NCBI GenBank assembly: GCA_965202585.1 | Contig: OZ241829.1 | Location: forward strand, 73,656,001-73,720,000 | DNA: 64,000 nucleotides | Direction: 5' to 3' | Source of the DNA: Thalia democratica | Lineage: Eukaryota | Part shown: positions 36,151 to 50,361 of the stretch, in pieces | Numbering within the stretch: the stretch's first letter is position 1 | Layout of the letters: every line of letters begins with the position of its first letter | Made by a program: the position numbers and the translations under genes | The notes under the pieces: generated by a model | The model's database searches: none | Seen by the model: only the letters and a program-made list of their open reading frames with translations | What the model was told of the DNA's origin: nothing

Positions 36151-36365
36151 CAGAGTGACACTTTAGCACGTAGTGACACTTTGGCACGGAGTGACACTTT
36201 ATCGCGGAGTGACACTTTGGCACGGATAGACCATTTACCAAGGGTCGTCATTTAAGAACGAAGCAACACTAAATCACGGAGTGACACTTTAACACGGAGT
36301 GGCACTCTCGCACGGTGTGAAACTTTGGCTCAAATTAACATTTTAGCTCGGTGTCACTCCATTAT
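36150..36365. repeat. 18-bp minisatellite copy
   Basis: GAGTGACACTTT units. Confidence 0.9.
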
Positions 36366-37561
36366 AACACTTATATCGTTTAAAAAACGATTATGTTTGA
36401 TTTGACAAAAACATACCGAATGCTTATGTAATAAAAAAAATGTTTAGTATTTCAAAACAAAAGATAATCATTATTAAAATAATATTTTGTGTAAAAGTGT
36501 CACAAATTTAAGCTAAGGAATCGAAGTATATATATAAACAATATTTCAAACAATTTGACTTATAAACTTTTAAAGCACATTAGGGACAACGATAAGGTAT
36601 GCTTTTGAATCGAAACCTGAATTACAAAATTATTAGTTGTGTTACACCTAAATTGAGTCATATAAACATCATGTTTATGTTCAAGTAATTTAAAATACTA
36701 TCTTAATAATAATACTACAATAAATGTGTTTTTTCTGTAGCGTATTTTATTGATGTACCACCTATTGTATGTAAACTAAGTAAATGAAAAAAGCGGTGTA
36801 AGTAGAAACTATTACTATAAATCTAAATCAATAATAAGCAAAAATATTTAATGGATGTAAAATAAATTTTAATGAAATAACTTATGTACAATGACAATAA
36901 ATTAACTAACCAGAGGGTTCATGCTAATGTTCCATTTTCATAGTTTCTGATTACAAAAGACGTAGTTGATTTTTTTTGTTGACCCGTCTCTTGACTGTTG
37001 AAGTAAAGTTTGTTGAATAATTGTTAATTTATATAAGCTTTTTTATTGACATTTTAGAACTTATAGAACTACATTATGAATGTGGATCGTAAGCTGGTTG
37101 TTTGCTTCAACGGTTAAAAGTAGAAGTTAACAAACGAAATTATTTTTTCAGAGTTTTTGTTAATAGTAGTAGTACTGTACAGATAACTTAAAATATTCCA
37201 TTTTTAATAACAAAAACTTTGTTTTAAATTTTAAGAAAAAAAGTTTGGAACGTTTATTTATTGGTATCAGCTAGCACAACGCAGAGTAAAGTTGCTAAAT
37301 ATTAAAACAAAATATCACATAAATTTTATTTCTGTATAATGATTTATGAATGTTTAGTTAAAAATAATTACGTCATTAAGAGTCAAGTGTAAAAGTTTGT
37401 ATAAAGGTTTAAATTAGAAATAAATAAATTAATTAATAAGGTAAAAAGTGATTGTAGTGTCACATTAAAACCTTTTAACGGACTTGCGAGTATTTTTGAC
37501 ATAACGACAGAAATTTCAATCAGAATTGGGAGAATTAGTGACGTCATATCAGAACCTTTAA

Positions 37562-37950
37562 GCAGGAAAACGGGTCAAATATGCACCAAGACAAAACTGC
37601 ACCAGGTTACTAAATTGCACGAGGGCGCAAGATTGCATGGAAATACTTTTGCACGAAGACAAGCTTGCACGAGGACAATTTTGCAGGAGGGTCATTTTGC
37701 GAGAGAGTAAAATAGAAAACACAAAAATAAAACTGAAAAATAAAAAAATAAATAAACAAAACAAGTAAAAAAGGTTATGGGTAACAGTGATAGTAAAAAA
37801 AAAATGAAATTAATAAAATACTAAAAATAAAAATTCAACCCGTGCAAATTTTTTTTGTGCAAAAGTATCTTCGTGTATTTTTTTGCCCTAGTACAATTTT
37901 GTCCCCTCGTGCAGATACCATTCAAACCATTGACAGATACCATTCAAACA
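37562..37950. mobile_element. Foldback MITE copy (one 18-bp unit shorter)
   Basis: Homologous to 11700-12105. Confidence 0.65.
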
Positions 37951-38089
37951 GACTTGGGAGTAATTTTATCGTCACATTAGAACCTTCAAACAAGAGCTGT
38001 GAGCAATTGTGACGTCACATTAGAATCTCAAGTAGACTTGTGAGTAATTATGACGTCAAATCAGAACTTTTAGTCAGGTTTGTGAGTAA

Positions 38090-38350
38090 TTCAACTTACA
38101 AAATTGGTATGACCTGAAGTAATGACAAAACAATAAACATCAATAAATATGAACATTAAACATAGTAAATATAAACAGAAACAACATGTATACAAAAAAC
38201 ATGCATGGTATCAAAATATAAATAAGCGAGCTCACAAAAAAAATAATTCCTACCAGAGCTGCAACCACTGAGGAGAAACAAAGTCAGTATTATCTTGTTG
38301 CATTATTTAGTTGCAAAATGTAATTCATAAGGTTCAAAATCAAAGCTTTC
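38090..38350 (-). pseudogene. Exon-3 copy with frameshifts (VVAALVGIIFFVSSLIYILIPCMFFVYMLFLFIFTMFNVHIY*)
   Basis: Homology to 12290-12466, with a 13-nt duplication and a short frameshifting deletion. Confidence 0.5.
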
Positions 38351-40231
38351 TTTAAGAGTTCTCAAATTAATGAATATAAAAGACAAAGAAATGAGCTGAG
38401 ATAACTGTTTCAAGCAAGCTTATGTTTAAAATCTCTGTATTTGAAAAATGAAAGAAAAAATTCTACTTTTTTATGTTTGCAAATGTTGCTTGCTTTCTAA
38501 TGTTACAATTTTAGACTTACACAAATAGTTGATTCAAAATATAAAAAGGGTTAATTTAAAATAGAAGTAAATTAATTTGTTGTTGTTAATATTATTATTG
38601 TTGTCTTTTTTTCTTGACCGATCAATAAATTTTACAGTACTTATCTTTATATTTTCATTTAGAAAAGTCAAGTACATTTTTATATACAAAGTTCAGTTAA
38701 TTTTCGTTTAGTTTTCTTTTTTTTCATTTCGCTTAATTAATTGTTTTATTAGTAAAGAATTAAATTTTTAAATGAAAACAAATCATGTGTAATAGCTCGT
38801 AAGAAACTTTATAAGCATGTGGTATACGACTCGATAACCGAAATATTCTTTCGTACACCAGGTCCTTAGAACAAACTTTTTGAGCGCTTATTTTTATCGT
38901 TTAATAAACAATATAATTAGATTTTTGGATAAATATCAAAGGTGGACAACTAAAAGTCATAATCACGCACAAGTCTGTTTAAAGTTTATAGTGTGACGTC
39001 ACAATTACTCACAAGTCTGCTTGAAGGTTTTTGTCCTTGAATAAAAGGACTTAAAAAGGTCTGTGCATATTGTACTTAGCTAGACTCTTTAAAACGATTC
39101 CTTACAAAATCAAATAAATATGCTTTATCACTCCATGAGGAACTTGTTTTTTCACAAGCTTAAAAGAAGCAAACTTGAACTAGACTGTTAAAGTGAGTTA
39201 CAGAAAATAGACCGCAGTACTCTACAAGCTGTTGTAATAACAGGAAAAATTTGTAAAACAAGAATATAAAAATAGTATATTAATATATCTAGTATGAAAG
39301 GATCTACTCTTTTTTTTTTACTTAACTAAATATCAGGACGTGAATTTCATCTTATTTTTTTTAATTTTGCATGTATTAATTTTAGAGTGTTTTACTGACT
39401 TACTGTTTGGACATTGCTAATAAAAATTTTTATTATAGTGGCTTACTAATTACATAACAAACTATGCTAACAGTTTTCTACATTTAATTATATAAAATTT
39501 TATTCGAAATAAATGAAAATTTGTAAATAAAAGTATTACAACTTTCTTAATCGGTTTTTAAAAATTAACATAAAAACATAAATAAACATTTTTCAAAAGA
39601 CAACGACTTTAGTATAGATTCAGGACTCAAAATATTAGTAAGTAAAATATTAGTATCAGTAAGCCTATTCGCGATGAGCTGCAAAAGGGCCAAAGGGGCT
39701 ACAAGGGAATGCTTAGATACGCTTACGGAAATTTTTAAACTAGATATCTTAAGAAACAAAAAAAAAGTTTAAGCCTTTAAAACTTGTGTGGATACTTTTG
39801 GGCTCAAAATGAGTGAAAGCAATATTTTTATTAGTTTTTGAACGGGGCGATTATAAAAACGATTTTAGAAAACTCTACCCTACAGAAATATTGTTAACAT
39901 AAGTGTTGCGCAGTGCTTGCTAGTGTACACAACTGGATGCACCAATTCACAATTAAATGCATAAAGTCCATACATTAGACTATTTATAATCTAAGAGGAT
40001 GAGAGGTGATTGTTTTTTTAAGTTCTTTAAAGAGAGCGTTTTGATTAACAAAGTAAAATTCTTATACAGGTCATATGTGTACAACTTTTTTAATCTTTAT
40101 CATTTAATTTAAATTTAGGGTAAAACTTCATAAGTAGTAGTTCTTAATGTTTTTTGTTTAATCAATGACAAATTCTTAAAAGAAAAAAAAGATAACTTAC
40201 ACAGAAAGTATTATAGATATGAAAAATGAAC

Positions 40232-40334
40232 TTGGAGTGTCTTGGTTTCCCTTCCACTTAATCGCGTTTCTCAGCACTAATGTTGTAAAGTTGTTGCTCG
40301 TTCTTCTTACTCGAAAATATAAACCACCGTCTAA
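40232..40334 (-). pseudogene. Most divergent exon 2 copy (LDGGLYFRVRRTSNNFTTLVLRNAIKWKGNQDTP)
   Basis: tttttcaacag acceptor, ACACTCCAA|gttcat donor, and an open frame ending xTP. Confidence 0.5.
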
Positions 40335-43269
40335 CTGTTGAAAAATAGAAAGTAAGTTATGTATTTAAATAAAGATTTTAGCTTTACATTGATAGGTTTT
40401 GCTTAGTTTGCTTTATAAATAGTTTAGCCGTTTATTCTTATAGTTTATCTATCTTTGTGAGTCTACTGAAGCTACTTTTTAGATTTTAACAAACAAAAAT
40501 TAAAAAAATATACATAATAGTATTGTAAAACATTACTAAATGGTCAGTTTTCATTACTTGAAAAATAAACACAAAAAAGGAGTGATAAATAAAAACCTAT
40601 CACACGATCAATTTGTAGTAAAAATAAATGGTTTAAGGAGACTCACTCAGAAGACTAAGCTTTGTAAGAGTACTAGCTGTTGGTAGTTTATTTTTAAACG
40701 AAGAACACTTTTTGACTTACATATTTTAATAACTTTCAATAAAAAGCTGAACAACTTAATAAATTTTACTTCAAGCTGAAATTTTTTGAAATCTCAAAAA
40801 GTGTTCACATTCTAAAACTTTTAGTTGTCGAAAACTTTTGAAGATGGATTTGCTATCTTGAAGCTCAAATATTGTTGTTTTATGTAAAAGTGAATAAACT
40901 CAAGTACTTATTGAAAATATTTTTTTTGCTTTAAATGTAAAAACCAAAACGGTTAATACAACTGTAGATAAACGTGTTAAATAATAACATTTGACTTTTT
41001 AAAAACCGTCTTGATTTAGAATTAAAAAAACATATGGACCTAAAAATGATGAATTTGTTTTGCTAAGGTTCTTATAGTTATTTAATTTAAATCACGTTTT
41101 TTGGTTACATGCATACTCAGTGAAAATCTTACTATATTTTCTTCAAAACAACAGATAAACAGTTAAAAATAAGATATGAATGCAACTAGGAGTCGAAATT
41201 AACACTGCTGCTGTCAGCACTGTAGTAGCTAAAATAACGAAAAAATGGCGTGTTAATAGCATTAAAAGAAAATCGCGCAACAGAAAACTACCTGTGACGT
41301 CATAATACATATTAAATGACGTCACAAGCTTACTTTAGGAGTTAAAGATTCCAAGACTTAGAGTTTTGAGAATGTCGTGTTCGAGACGAGTTTTGTAAAT
41401 TTAAACTGACAATATTTAACTTTTTTTTTGTCAAATTTCCTGACATTTCCGAACTTTTGTCATTTTTTTAAGTTTTCCTGACTTTTCCTGATTTCCTGAC
41501 TTTACCTGACCTTGTGCACTACTTGTGGTAAATTGTCATAACTATTAGTTCTAAACTAAAATAATTAACCAAAGACGAAATCATACAACAAAAAGTAACT
41601 ATTATAATTATCACAATTTGAATATAAGTTTAAAATATACTTTAGTGTTCCATGGACTTAATTCCGAATTACGATGTATTCTTGTTGATAGATTGATGGA
41701 GTACTCGCTTCAGCGTGATGGATAGGTTGTTCTATACTCTGTCCAACTGTTAAAATATAAGTTTTACTTATTCAGTTCAATGTAGATTTGAGGTTTATAT
41801 TTGTAGAATTTAGATTGCTACAAAAAGTAGTTTAGCATTTGAAGCTATATTTGTTTGTAATTATAGATCGTGACCATCACATTAAAAAATAACTTTATAT
41901 ATTATCTTATAAAATAGCTGGCTTAAGTAGTTTAAAAAATAATATTTTTTTGTGAACTCAGCCGAAGTCTGGAGGAATAAAGTCAACCTAAAAAAAATGT
42001 TTAACAACGTCAGTTTCAATAAAGCAGTAATTTGCAAATAACTGCGATAACATTCGTATAAGTTTGTTTCGTTCGGACGTTTTCTGACAAACATATTAAC
42101 AAACTAAAAATAACAGTTTATTCGAACAAAAACGAAAATGCCTAAAAAACTTTTATTTAACTAACAGGGTGTACGAAAACCTCTCGGTCGTTGAGTCGTA
42201 CACGACATTTAGTGTTTTGAACTGTTAACAAGTATTTATAGTCATGCAAGATGACTTTAAAAATTCACCAGTTAGAAGTTATAAGAAGCAAGGTTGAAGT
42301 GATATTGCAACTTGATAATATTTATTAATTAAAAGCGCTATATTGTTGGAGTTAGTTAGTGACGTCATAAAATATAACAACTATTTTATGATGATGAATT
42401 TTTGAGAGTTGCTTTTTTTTCTTTTTTCATTTTTACGGTTTAAAAATTTTAATACAGTTTATAGTACTTTGAAAGAATTCTCTACATACCGGTTGTTATA
42501 AAAGTGTTCATAATGTGCAATTAAGTTACAAAATAGTTTTGCTTTTTAATGTTCGAACATGTGTTGTACTTTTTATATGTTATGCAGTTTACTGTTTTAA
42601 TTCTTCACAGCTAGCTCATTTGTTATAAAAAGGTAGTGAACGATCTTAAACAGCTTAATATCATAAAATAATAATTTCAGATCCGACTCAGCGTTTTGAG
42701 CATAATTGACATACTTAGTATAATCTTTATAGAACATAATCAAATAAGGTCAAACAAGTAGCCAAATATTGTGGCAGCTCTGCTTGTTAGTAAATGAAGT
42801 AACTAATATGCCAGTATTATCAAATATCGAATTTAATAACAAAGATTCTAAGTATCTCTCATTGTTTACAACAACGTGTTAAATCAATTATTTATTTTAT
42901 TCAATACATCAGGTAGACAATCTCGTCAGTCAAGAGACGTAAACATCTAACCAAACACGTACCAACTTTTAAACCTCCAATTAACACTCGCGTAAATTAA
43001 CACAAAAAGTATATTAGCCTCCTACTACCCCTTTTTTGATAAAAATAAATCAATCATTTTTTTTTTCTTTATTTTATAACTTTTAGTAGGCGAATGATCC
43101 AAGCACCGGATAAGTTATGAATGTAGCTATTTTCTTATTTAAAACAATGAATACAATAAATAATCAACATATAGATTTGCTTTTAATCGCTGATTACACT
43201 GAGAGTTGATCGGGGAGTCGGAAATGAGACTTGGACATATTACCAAGTTACTTAGATGCAGTTTGCCTT

Positions 43270-43745
43270 TTTAACTGATCCATCTTTGTCAAAAGCAGAT
43301 TTGTATTTTATTAGTGGATTGTTTCAATATAAAAAACAACGTAGAAGAATATAAAAGTTAATTGGAGTTTGTTTATACTCTCTTAACTCGAAACAAACTA
43401 AAATGGAAAATATCAGTCAACCTTTTACGGGATTCAGCAGAGTTTTGGAGGTATAAAAAGATTCGTGTGACGCAAATGACTAAACTAGAGAAGAAGCGAA
43501 ATGAGTGAAAAAGACATTAAGAAGCACTCGAAACAGCACTCTTAAAGGAGCAGCCAACAAATACGGTTTATAATATTTAGACACCAAAAATATTGCTTAA
43601 CTACCGTCATTTATACACCGTTTGTCAACCGTGACACGTGTTTAATGAATATATCATTGAGTGGTAACTATCAAAAAACTCCCGTTTCTTCGCAGTGAGT
43701 GACGGTTAGGTGTAAAGTATTGATAACTGCCCGACCAACAGACTA
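43270..43745 (+). other. Element R copy 3 (ORF broken)
   Basis: Homologous to 6090-6560, with two frameshifts and one stop. Confidence 0.6.
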
Positions 43746-43775
43746 CACGGCATCAGAGTCAATAAATTAAAAAAA

Positions 43776-43958
43776 CTAAAACATAAATTTCATGCATATG
43801 AAGAATTTCAACATGAAAATATAAACAATCCTGCTAATACAAACAACTAGCTCGAAAAAGCACCACGTAACAGACCAAGGGGGCACAAAGTCAACATACG
43901 GTTGTTGCACTAAGACTGTCAACACATATATTATAGTTTTACTAACAGAGGACGTCAT
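43776..43958 (-). CDS. Intact 60-aa ORF of the exon-3 family (…LVQQPYVDFVPPWSV…), possible small membrane protein
   Basis: ORF-track hit. Its QQxxxDxVxPW motif aligns in frame with the 12290 ORF. Confidence 0.3.
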   Translation of the reverse strand: MTSSVSKTIIYVLTVLVQQPYVDFVPPWSVTWCFFELVVCISRIVYIFMLKFFICMKFMF

Positions 43959-45449
43959 TAGCTATTACGACGTCACACCTTCAAGCAGAAATGTGATCAC
44001 AGTGTAATAATAAGATTTTTGTTTGCGCTTTAGCGAACTTCATGGTAACTCACAAAATTGTTATGACCTGAGCTATTGACATTCGAACACAAACACTAAT
44101 GAATATGATTATGAAAATATCAATGTAAAGAATTTAAGCGATATCAGACAAAACTACATAAACAAAAATAGTACTAATGAAATTAAAACTTGAATAAGTC
44201 TCTTAAAGTTTTAATCCGTGACGTGTAAAAGGGATGTAAGAGATAGTACCTAGATGCGAGAGACTCAAAAATAATATACTTGAGTTTGTATTGAAATGCA
44301 AAAAATATTAACAAAATCTTGAGACAAGAACTATTCAAAAGTTTAAAATATAATTTTAAAAATAAACTTTGATTATGTAAGCAGTTATAGGTTTCATCAG
44401 AAAATACTCAATTTAGTTAATTAGTAGTTCAACTGAAATTAGCATACGTACAAAAATAAATAAACAATAGGTAAAATAAAATAAGCGACAAACTAGACAA
44501 AAATATTTTTTAAATTTTATTTTCTTAAGCACGTAATGACTATCATCTAAGCGTTTTCGAATCTTTGTTTGCACAACTATTAGTTTAGTTCAAATACATA
44601 TTTATTTATAAAAACGTTTAGACCTAATTTATGCAAGAAACAGTACGTTTATAAACACAATCTATACAAGTTGTTATAAATTATTTGCTTAGTTTGTTGC
44701 TTATTCTTTTTCACTTATTGTTTGTTTTACTATTAATTTTCTACAGATGCTTATCTTCGTCAAATTACTAATTAAATTACAGTTATGTAATTATATACAA
44801 TTTGTCTATCTCTAGTTAATTCTTTTTGATGTCTAATTTTATTAGTTGAGTATCTTTTGATGAAACATAAAACTGTTTAATTACTCAAAGTTTATTTTTA
44901 AAATTAGTTGCTAAAAAAAGTAGTTTAAATGGTTTGCTGAAATGTATTTTACTTGTTTGCTCAACAAAAATGTTTTGAATGAATATTGTCTTAACTTGTT
45001 GTTTAATAACTGTAGTACTATATAAGTATTTGGCAATAAAAAAATTGAAAGTACAATTTAAAGGAAATTCGAAGCTCAATTTATATAATAATTTGATTAT
45101 AACTAGTGAGAGCGGTATTTTTTTTTTAATTTGTAAAAAAGAGTGTTTATGAAGTTAAGTTTAGAAAATCCTGCCCTATTGAACAATGTTTTGCATCGAC
45201 TGACAATTAGATGCAAATAGTAGTGCCCATAGTAGCTTTTTGAAAAACTATAGGGGGGACGATTGCTGTTTAAATTTCTTAGAAGTGGTTATTACGAAAT
45301 TCTTTGGAAGTCCTGATTAAGATCAAAGCTACACAAATGTGCTTAACTTCATTTGTTTGAGATCATTTAGCATAAAACATCTCAAGTAGAAGTTCTCAGT
45401 GAGCTTAATAATTTAGAACGCAGCATGTTCTATAAATATGAAAACTTAC

Positions 45450-45540
45450 TTGGTGTGTTTGCATCATCAACTGCATCCTATACCACTGATGTCAGCTTGA
45501 GAGATTGTTGATTCCTTCCACAAAAACAAGCTGCCATCCT
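45450..45540 (-). pseudogene. Exon 2 copy (MAACFCGRNQQSLKLTSVV*DAVDDANTP)
   Basis: In-frame 6-nt insertion plus a nonsense TAG; gtaagt donor. Confidence 0.6.
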
Positions 45541-46459
45541 CTGTTAAATTTTTGAAAAATTTATATTTGAAATATTTATTTTAATATAGATGATAATTTT
45601 TTTTTTAGTTTAATAATTACGAAGTATCTGCCACTAATGTATAACTGTTTTAGCTTAATAAATAAATTTAAAACTAGAGTTTTTCTTTTAATTATTATGC
45701 AAATACCTACTGTAATAATTAATTCTACCACTAATGCATAACTATTTTAGATTAAAAAATAAATTTAAAACTAGAGATTTTCTTTTAATTTATATGCAGT
45801 ACATTTCAATAACACCACATGTCACCACTGCTTACAACATACAAATGTAAATTAAATATATGTTACTTAAAAACTTTGTTTGTTTTTAAAAGGGAATTTA
45901 ATTTAACAATACGTGAAACAAAAGAATTTTTATTTTAAAAGTTCTAAATTAGAAATTGTAAAACTCATTTAAACAGTATGTGTAAGTCTAACAATTTAGA
46001 TATAAATTAAAAATCTCAATATTGCTAAAAGTGAAACTTAATACTTTCATTGTATTTTACATTTAACGATTAAATGGTAATAAAGTACTACTTTAGTTAT
46101 AGTTTGACTAAGCAGCTGCAATAAAACATGTAATATTTTGATTAAAAAACATATTTCTCAATATTGATTTAGTTACTTTACAATAGTTGTAAAATCCAAT
46201 GACATCATGTTTAAAAATGTATTTGAAATATTAGCTATTAATGTCAAAATTCTAACTTAAAAAATTATATTGCAAAATTTCCGTTTTGCATTAATAAATT
46301 GTTAAAAAATATAAAATGTTTAATTGGTGTAGTTAAACATGCAAAGCAGATAAAACATTAAGAAACTTGTCTGACTATACTAAAACATTTATCCCGTTAT
46401 TTTTCTACAGTTTTTGAGTTATAAGTAAACTAAAAAATCTTAAGAAATACTTATGTTAT

Positions 46460-46825
46460 AAAGCTGCGGGTAAAAAAGATGGCGACAATACTTGACCGCA
46501 GGAAGTTTGCTTCAAAAAACTTAAGTAACGTCACGAAACTTCAGCTGAAAAAAAAACTGTTTGTTACGTCACAAGCGGCTTTTACCTCAAGAACCGAAGC
46601 GTTTTAGTTTCACAGAAAGCATGTTGGGCCGCGCTCGGCAGGCCTTAAAATATTTGGAATTAGATAAACCAGCAATGAGATAATTGTGTGTGCTGCCACT
46701 TTGAACCTTACTCATACTATGAAGGCGTTCTATCGTTAGTGACGTCACTAAAAAGTCAATTTGATATATGACGTAAGGAAAAAATGTGAGAGAGTTTTTT
46801 ACGCTGCCTCGGTCTACCTGCTGTT
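46460..46825. promoter_or_regulatory. P block copy
   Basis: AAGATGGCGAC and TGACGTCA motifs; homologous to 361-760. Confidence 0.45.
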
Positions 46826-47187
46826 TGGCAATTTTAATTTTTTATATGATTAAAAGACAATAATAAAAATAGCAATTGAGATAATATTGTGTATGTAGTC
46901 AAGATAAAATAAAAAAAAACTATTAATGGTACTAAACTCGAATCTGCACGCAGGCTAATATGAACAAAAACAAAAATTAAGTTTAAGTATAATTTTTGGC
47001 TAATAAAAATAACTATCAAAAGCAATTTAAAGCATGTATTTTGGCTAATGAAAACAAATATAACTATATTCGTTAAATTTGAATAACAGAAGTGTGAGAT
47101 AGATTTATGTGAAGCAGATAACAAAACGAGTGAAATCATGTAAATGTAATCCTCAATGGATCAACCATACTACAATATTAGACTTAC

Positions 47188-47340
47188 ACCGAACGAGCCG
47201 ACGACGGTAACTATTAAGTTGTCGGTGTGTAGGAATCAAAAATATATATAAAATCGAGTTACCATCCTCCTAACTGCGAGGACTACCTTTCCTCCCTCGA
47301 TGGCTGTCATAAAAGGGTATCAGAAAAGCATGGGTCGTCA
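47188..47340 (-). pseudogene. Exon A (with TAG) + 52-nt intron + 23-nt microexon (VTVVGSFG), copy 5
   Basis: Donors gtaact at 47262 and gtaagt at 47187; acceptor at 47211. Confidence 0.55.
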
Positions 47341-47640
47341 CATAGTGACACTTTAGCACGGAGTGACACTTTAGCACAGAGTGACACTTTAGCACGGGAT
47401 GACACTTTAGCACAGAGTGACAGTTTAGTACAGAGTGACACTTTAGCACGGGATGACACTTTAGCACGGGGTGACACTTTAGCACGGGATGACACTTTAG
47501 CACGGGATGAAAATTTAGCACAAATCGTCATTTTAGCGCAGATTGACACTTTAGCACGTTGTTACACTTTAGTGCGATTGATCTTTTAAAACGGGTCGTC
47601 GTTTAAGCACGGAGTCACACTTTAGACGGAGTGAAATTTT
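47340..47640. repeat. Expanded 18-bp minisatellite (~10 near-perfect units plus degenerate tail)
   Basis: TGACACTTTAGCAC tandem units. Confidence 0.92.
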
Positions 47641-49284
47641 AGCACCAAATAATTTCAGCTTCACTTTATACCAAACCATCAAATTTCGAAAATAGCTGGC
47701 AAAACAACAACTAAAACTATAAAAAACGTGAAGTACTTAACCAGATGTCAAAAAGCACATAGCCACTTTAGCACGGGTTATCACTTTAGTAAAGGGTGAA
47801 ATTTTAGTACGGGTCGATATTTAAGTAGGTAGTGACACTTTAGCTTCACTTTATACAAAACCATCAAATTTTTCAAATGATCAATAAAACTAGCCCATTT
47901 GTAATTTATAATAAAAAGTAAGCTAAACAATCGACTTAAATCCTACAAGTTTTTTTTGAACACAGGATTTGATTCAAAAAAGTTTTATTGTAACTTATAG
48001 TTTAAAATTTGATAATATTGCAAAACTTATAAGACTAAAGTACATTTGCCCAATTTTATTTGTTTAATGCTAATTTGCAACTATTTGGTCAATTTAATTT
48101 AATGAACTAAATAACCAAAAATTTATTTTGTATACAAAATCCTTTGACATAACTTATTAGTGCTTTACTTTTATTGTTTTAAAACGATTAAGTTTGATTT
48201 AACAACAACATACCAAATGCTTATGTAATAAAATTGAATTTATTTTATACCCCACAAAAGATAGTCAGCATTGAAATAATGTTTTATGTATAAGTGTCAC
48301 AAATTTAAACTAAGTAGTCGAAGTATATATAAACAATATTTTTGATAATATGACTTTGCAACTTTTAAACAACATTAGGGAAAACGATAAGGTATGTATT
48401 TAAACCCAAACTTTAATTATAAGTTAAACATATTAGGTTTTGTTATACCTTAACTGTTTCAGATAAAAACCTTTTTTTTCTTCAAATAATTTCACTCGTA
48501 TAGTATTTAAACAATACTTAGTTCTACTCAATTACCACAATAGTTGTGATTTTTTTAAAGCGCACTTTATCGATGTACGTACTTTAATTAAATTAAGTTA
48601 ATGAAAAAAAGAGGCCTAAGTATAAACTATGAGTATAATTATTTATTAATAAATAGCGAAAATTAGTTTATTATTGTAAAATAAATTTTCATGAAATATC
48701 TTATGCACAATGAAAATAAATTAATTAACCAGAAGATTCAGTTTATATCTTTTCTGTTGACTGGTCACATGACTGTTATAAGAAAATTTGTTAAAATATA
48801 GTAGTTTTACATTAGCTAGTTTGTTGCTAGATTGAAAATATTCAAAAAGTATTATGAAAGTTCGTAAGCAGGTCATTTGCATTAACGGTTGAAATTATAA
48901 GTTAACAAACGGACTGTTTTTTTCAAACGTTTTTGTTTATAGTAGTATTACAGATAGTTTGAAAACTTCTATTTAAAACAATCATAACTTTATTTTAAAT
49001 TTTAAACAGCAAAATCTTTGAAATGTTTGTTTACTGATATCGGTTAGCCCAACTTCAGTATAAAGTTGCTAAAACCTAAAAAAAAATTGATATAAATTTT
49101 TTTTCTGTATAATTATTTATGAATATTTAGCTATAATTAATTACGTCATAATTAGTCAAGTTTAAAAGTTTAGATAAAAGTTTAATAAGAATTTTATTGT
49201 ATTAAATGATTGAACGGACTCGCGAGTATTTATGACGTCACATCGAAAATTTCATTCAGATTCGGGAGTAACTATGACATAAGA

Positions 49285-50030
49285 ACTTTTAAACAGCAGA
49301 ACGGGTCAAATATTCACAAAGATAAAATTACACGAAGGCTTAAAATTGCACGAAGACAATTATGCCTAAAAGTTACAATTTTACACGAAGGGTCATTTTT
49401 GCGAGTGAGTAAAAAAATAAAACTAAAAGATAACATGATAAAAAAACTAAAAGAAAAAAAAGTTACTAACCGAGGGTAAGGATTAGGGGTAACAGTGATA
49501 GTAAAAAAAATTAAATTAAAACTAATTTATAAATAAAAATTTCAACCCGTGCAAAAACTTTTCGTGCAAATTTGACAGAAACCCGTCAAACTGAGCTGTA
49601 ATTTACTGTAACGTCACGTTAGAACCTTCAAACAGCTAAAGAGTAATGTTGACGTCACATCATAACCCTTCAAATAGACACGTGAGTGATTATGACGTCA
49701 CAAAGTTGCACGAGTTTACTAAATTGCACGAAGAAATTTTGCACGGAGGGTCATATTTGCGAGAGAGTAAAAAAAAACAGAACAATAAATAAATTAATTA
49801 ATAAATAAACAAAAAAAAAGTTACTATTGAGAATAGGGGTAACAGTGAAGGTTAAAAAAATAAATTGAAATTTAATTTTAATAACAAATTTATAAAAAAT
49901 AAAAACTCATTTTGTTTAAAAATTTCTTTGTGCAATATTACCATCGTGTAATTTTGTGCCCTAATAAAGTTTTGTCCCCTCGTGCAAAATTGTACACTCG
50001 TACAAATTTGACAGACTTCAAACTAGAGCT
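49285..50030. mobile_element. Two consecutive foldback MITE copies separated by CRE repeat units
   Basis: ~49285-49590 and ~49700-50030, each with TGCACGA...CGTGCA arms and a GGGGTAACAGTG core. Confidence 0.55.
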
Positions 50031-50120
50031 GTGATTTATTTTTACGTCACAATAGAACCTTTATGACGTCACAATATAATTTTTAATCAGGCTTTAATTT
50101 ATTAAACTGTTTATTTTAAT

Positions 50121-50361
50121 TTAGCTCGATAAATTGTTACTACTTGAAGTAAGGGTATTCCAAAATAAAACATCAATGAATTTGAACATAGATAGTATAA
50201 ACATGAATAATATGAATACTAAGAATATAAATAGTGTCAAAATATGAATAAGCGTGCCCACAATTAAAATAATCCCTGCCAAAGCCGCAACCCACCAAGG
50301 AGAAACAAAGTCAGCATTATTTGTTGCAAAATAGGTTACATAAGATCAAAAACAAAGTTTC
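50121..50361 (-). pseudogene. Exon-3 copy (ADFVSPWWVAALAGIILIVGTLIHILTLFIFLVFILFMFILSMFKF...)
   Basis: ctctttag acceptor; 1-nt deletion upstream of NADF. Confidence 0.5.

Larger units (their letters stand above)
26770..38355. repeat. Segmental duplication copy 2 (partner 1-12520), with ~1 kb deletion at 33415
   Basis: Near identity to copy 1. The junction AAGACTGTCAAG|CTTATTTTTC skips the equivalent of ~6567-7556. Confidence 0.9.

Noticed and set aside
46590-46820. 76-codon minus-strand open frame through block P as a coding exon
   Set aside because: It is frameshifted or stopped in the other P copies checked (0.7, 9.7, 27.4 and 52.0 kb) and has a weak acceptor; retained only as a remote possibility.
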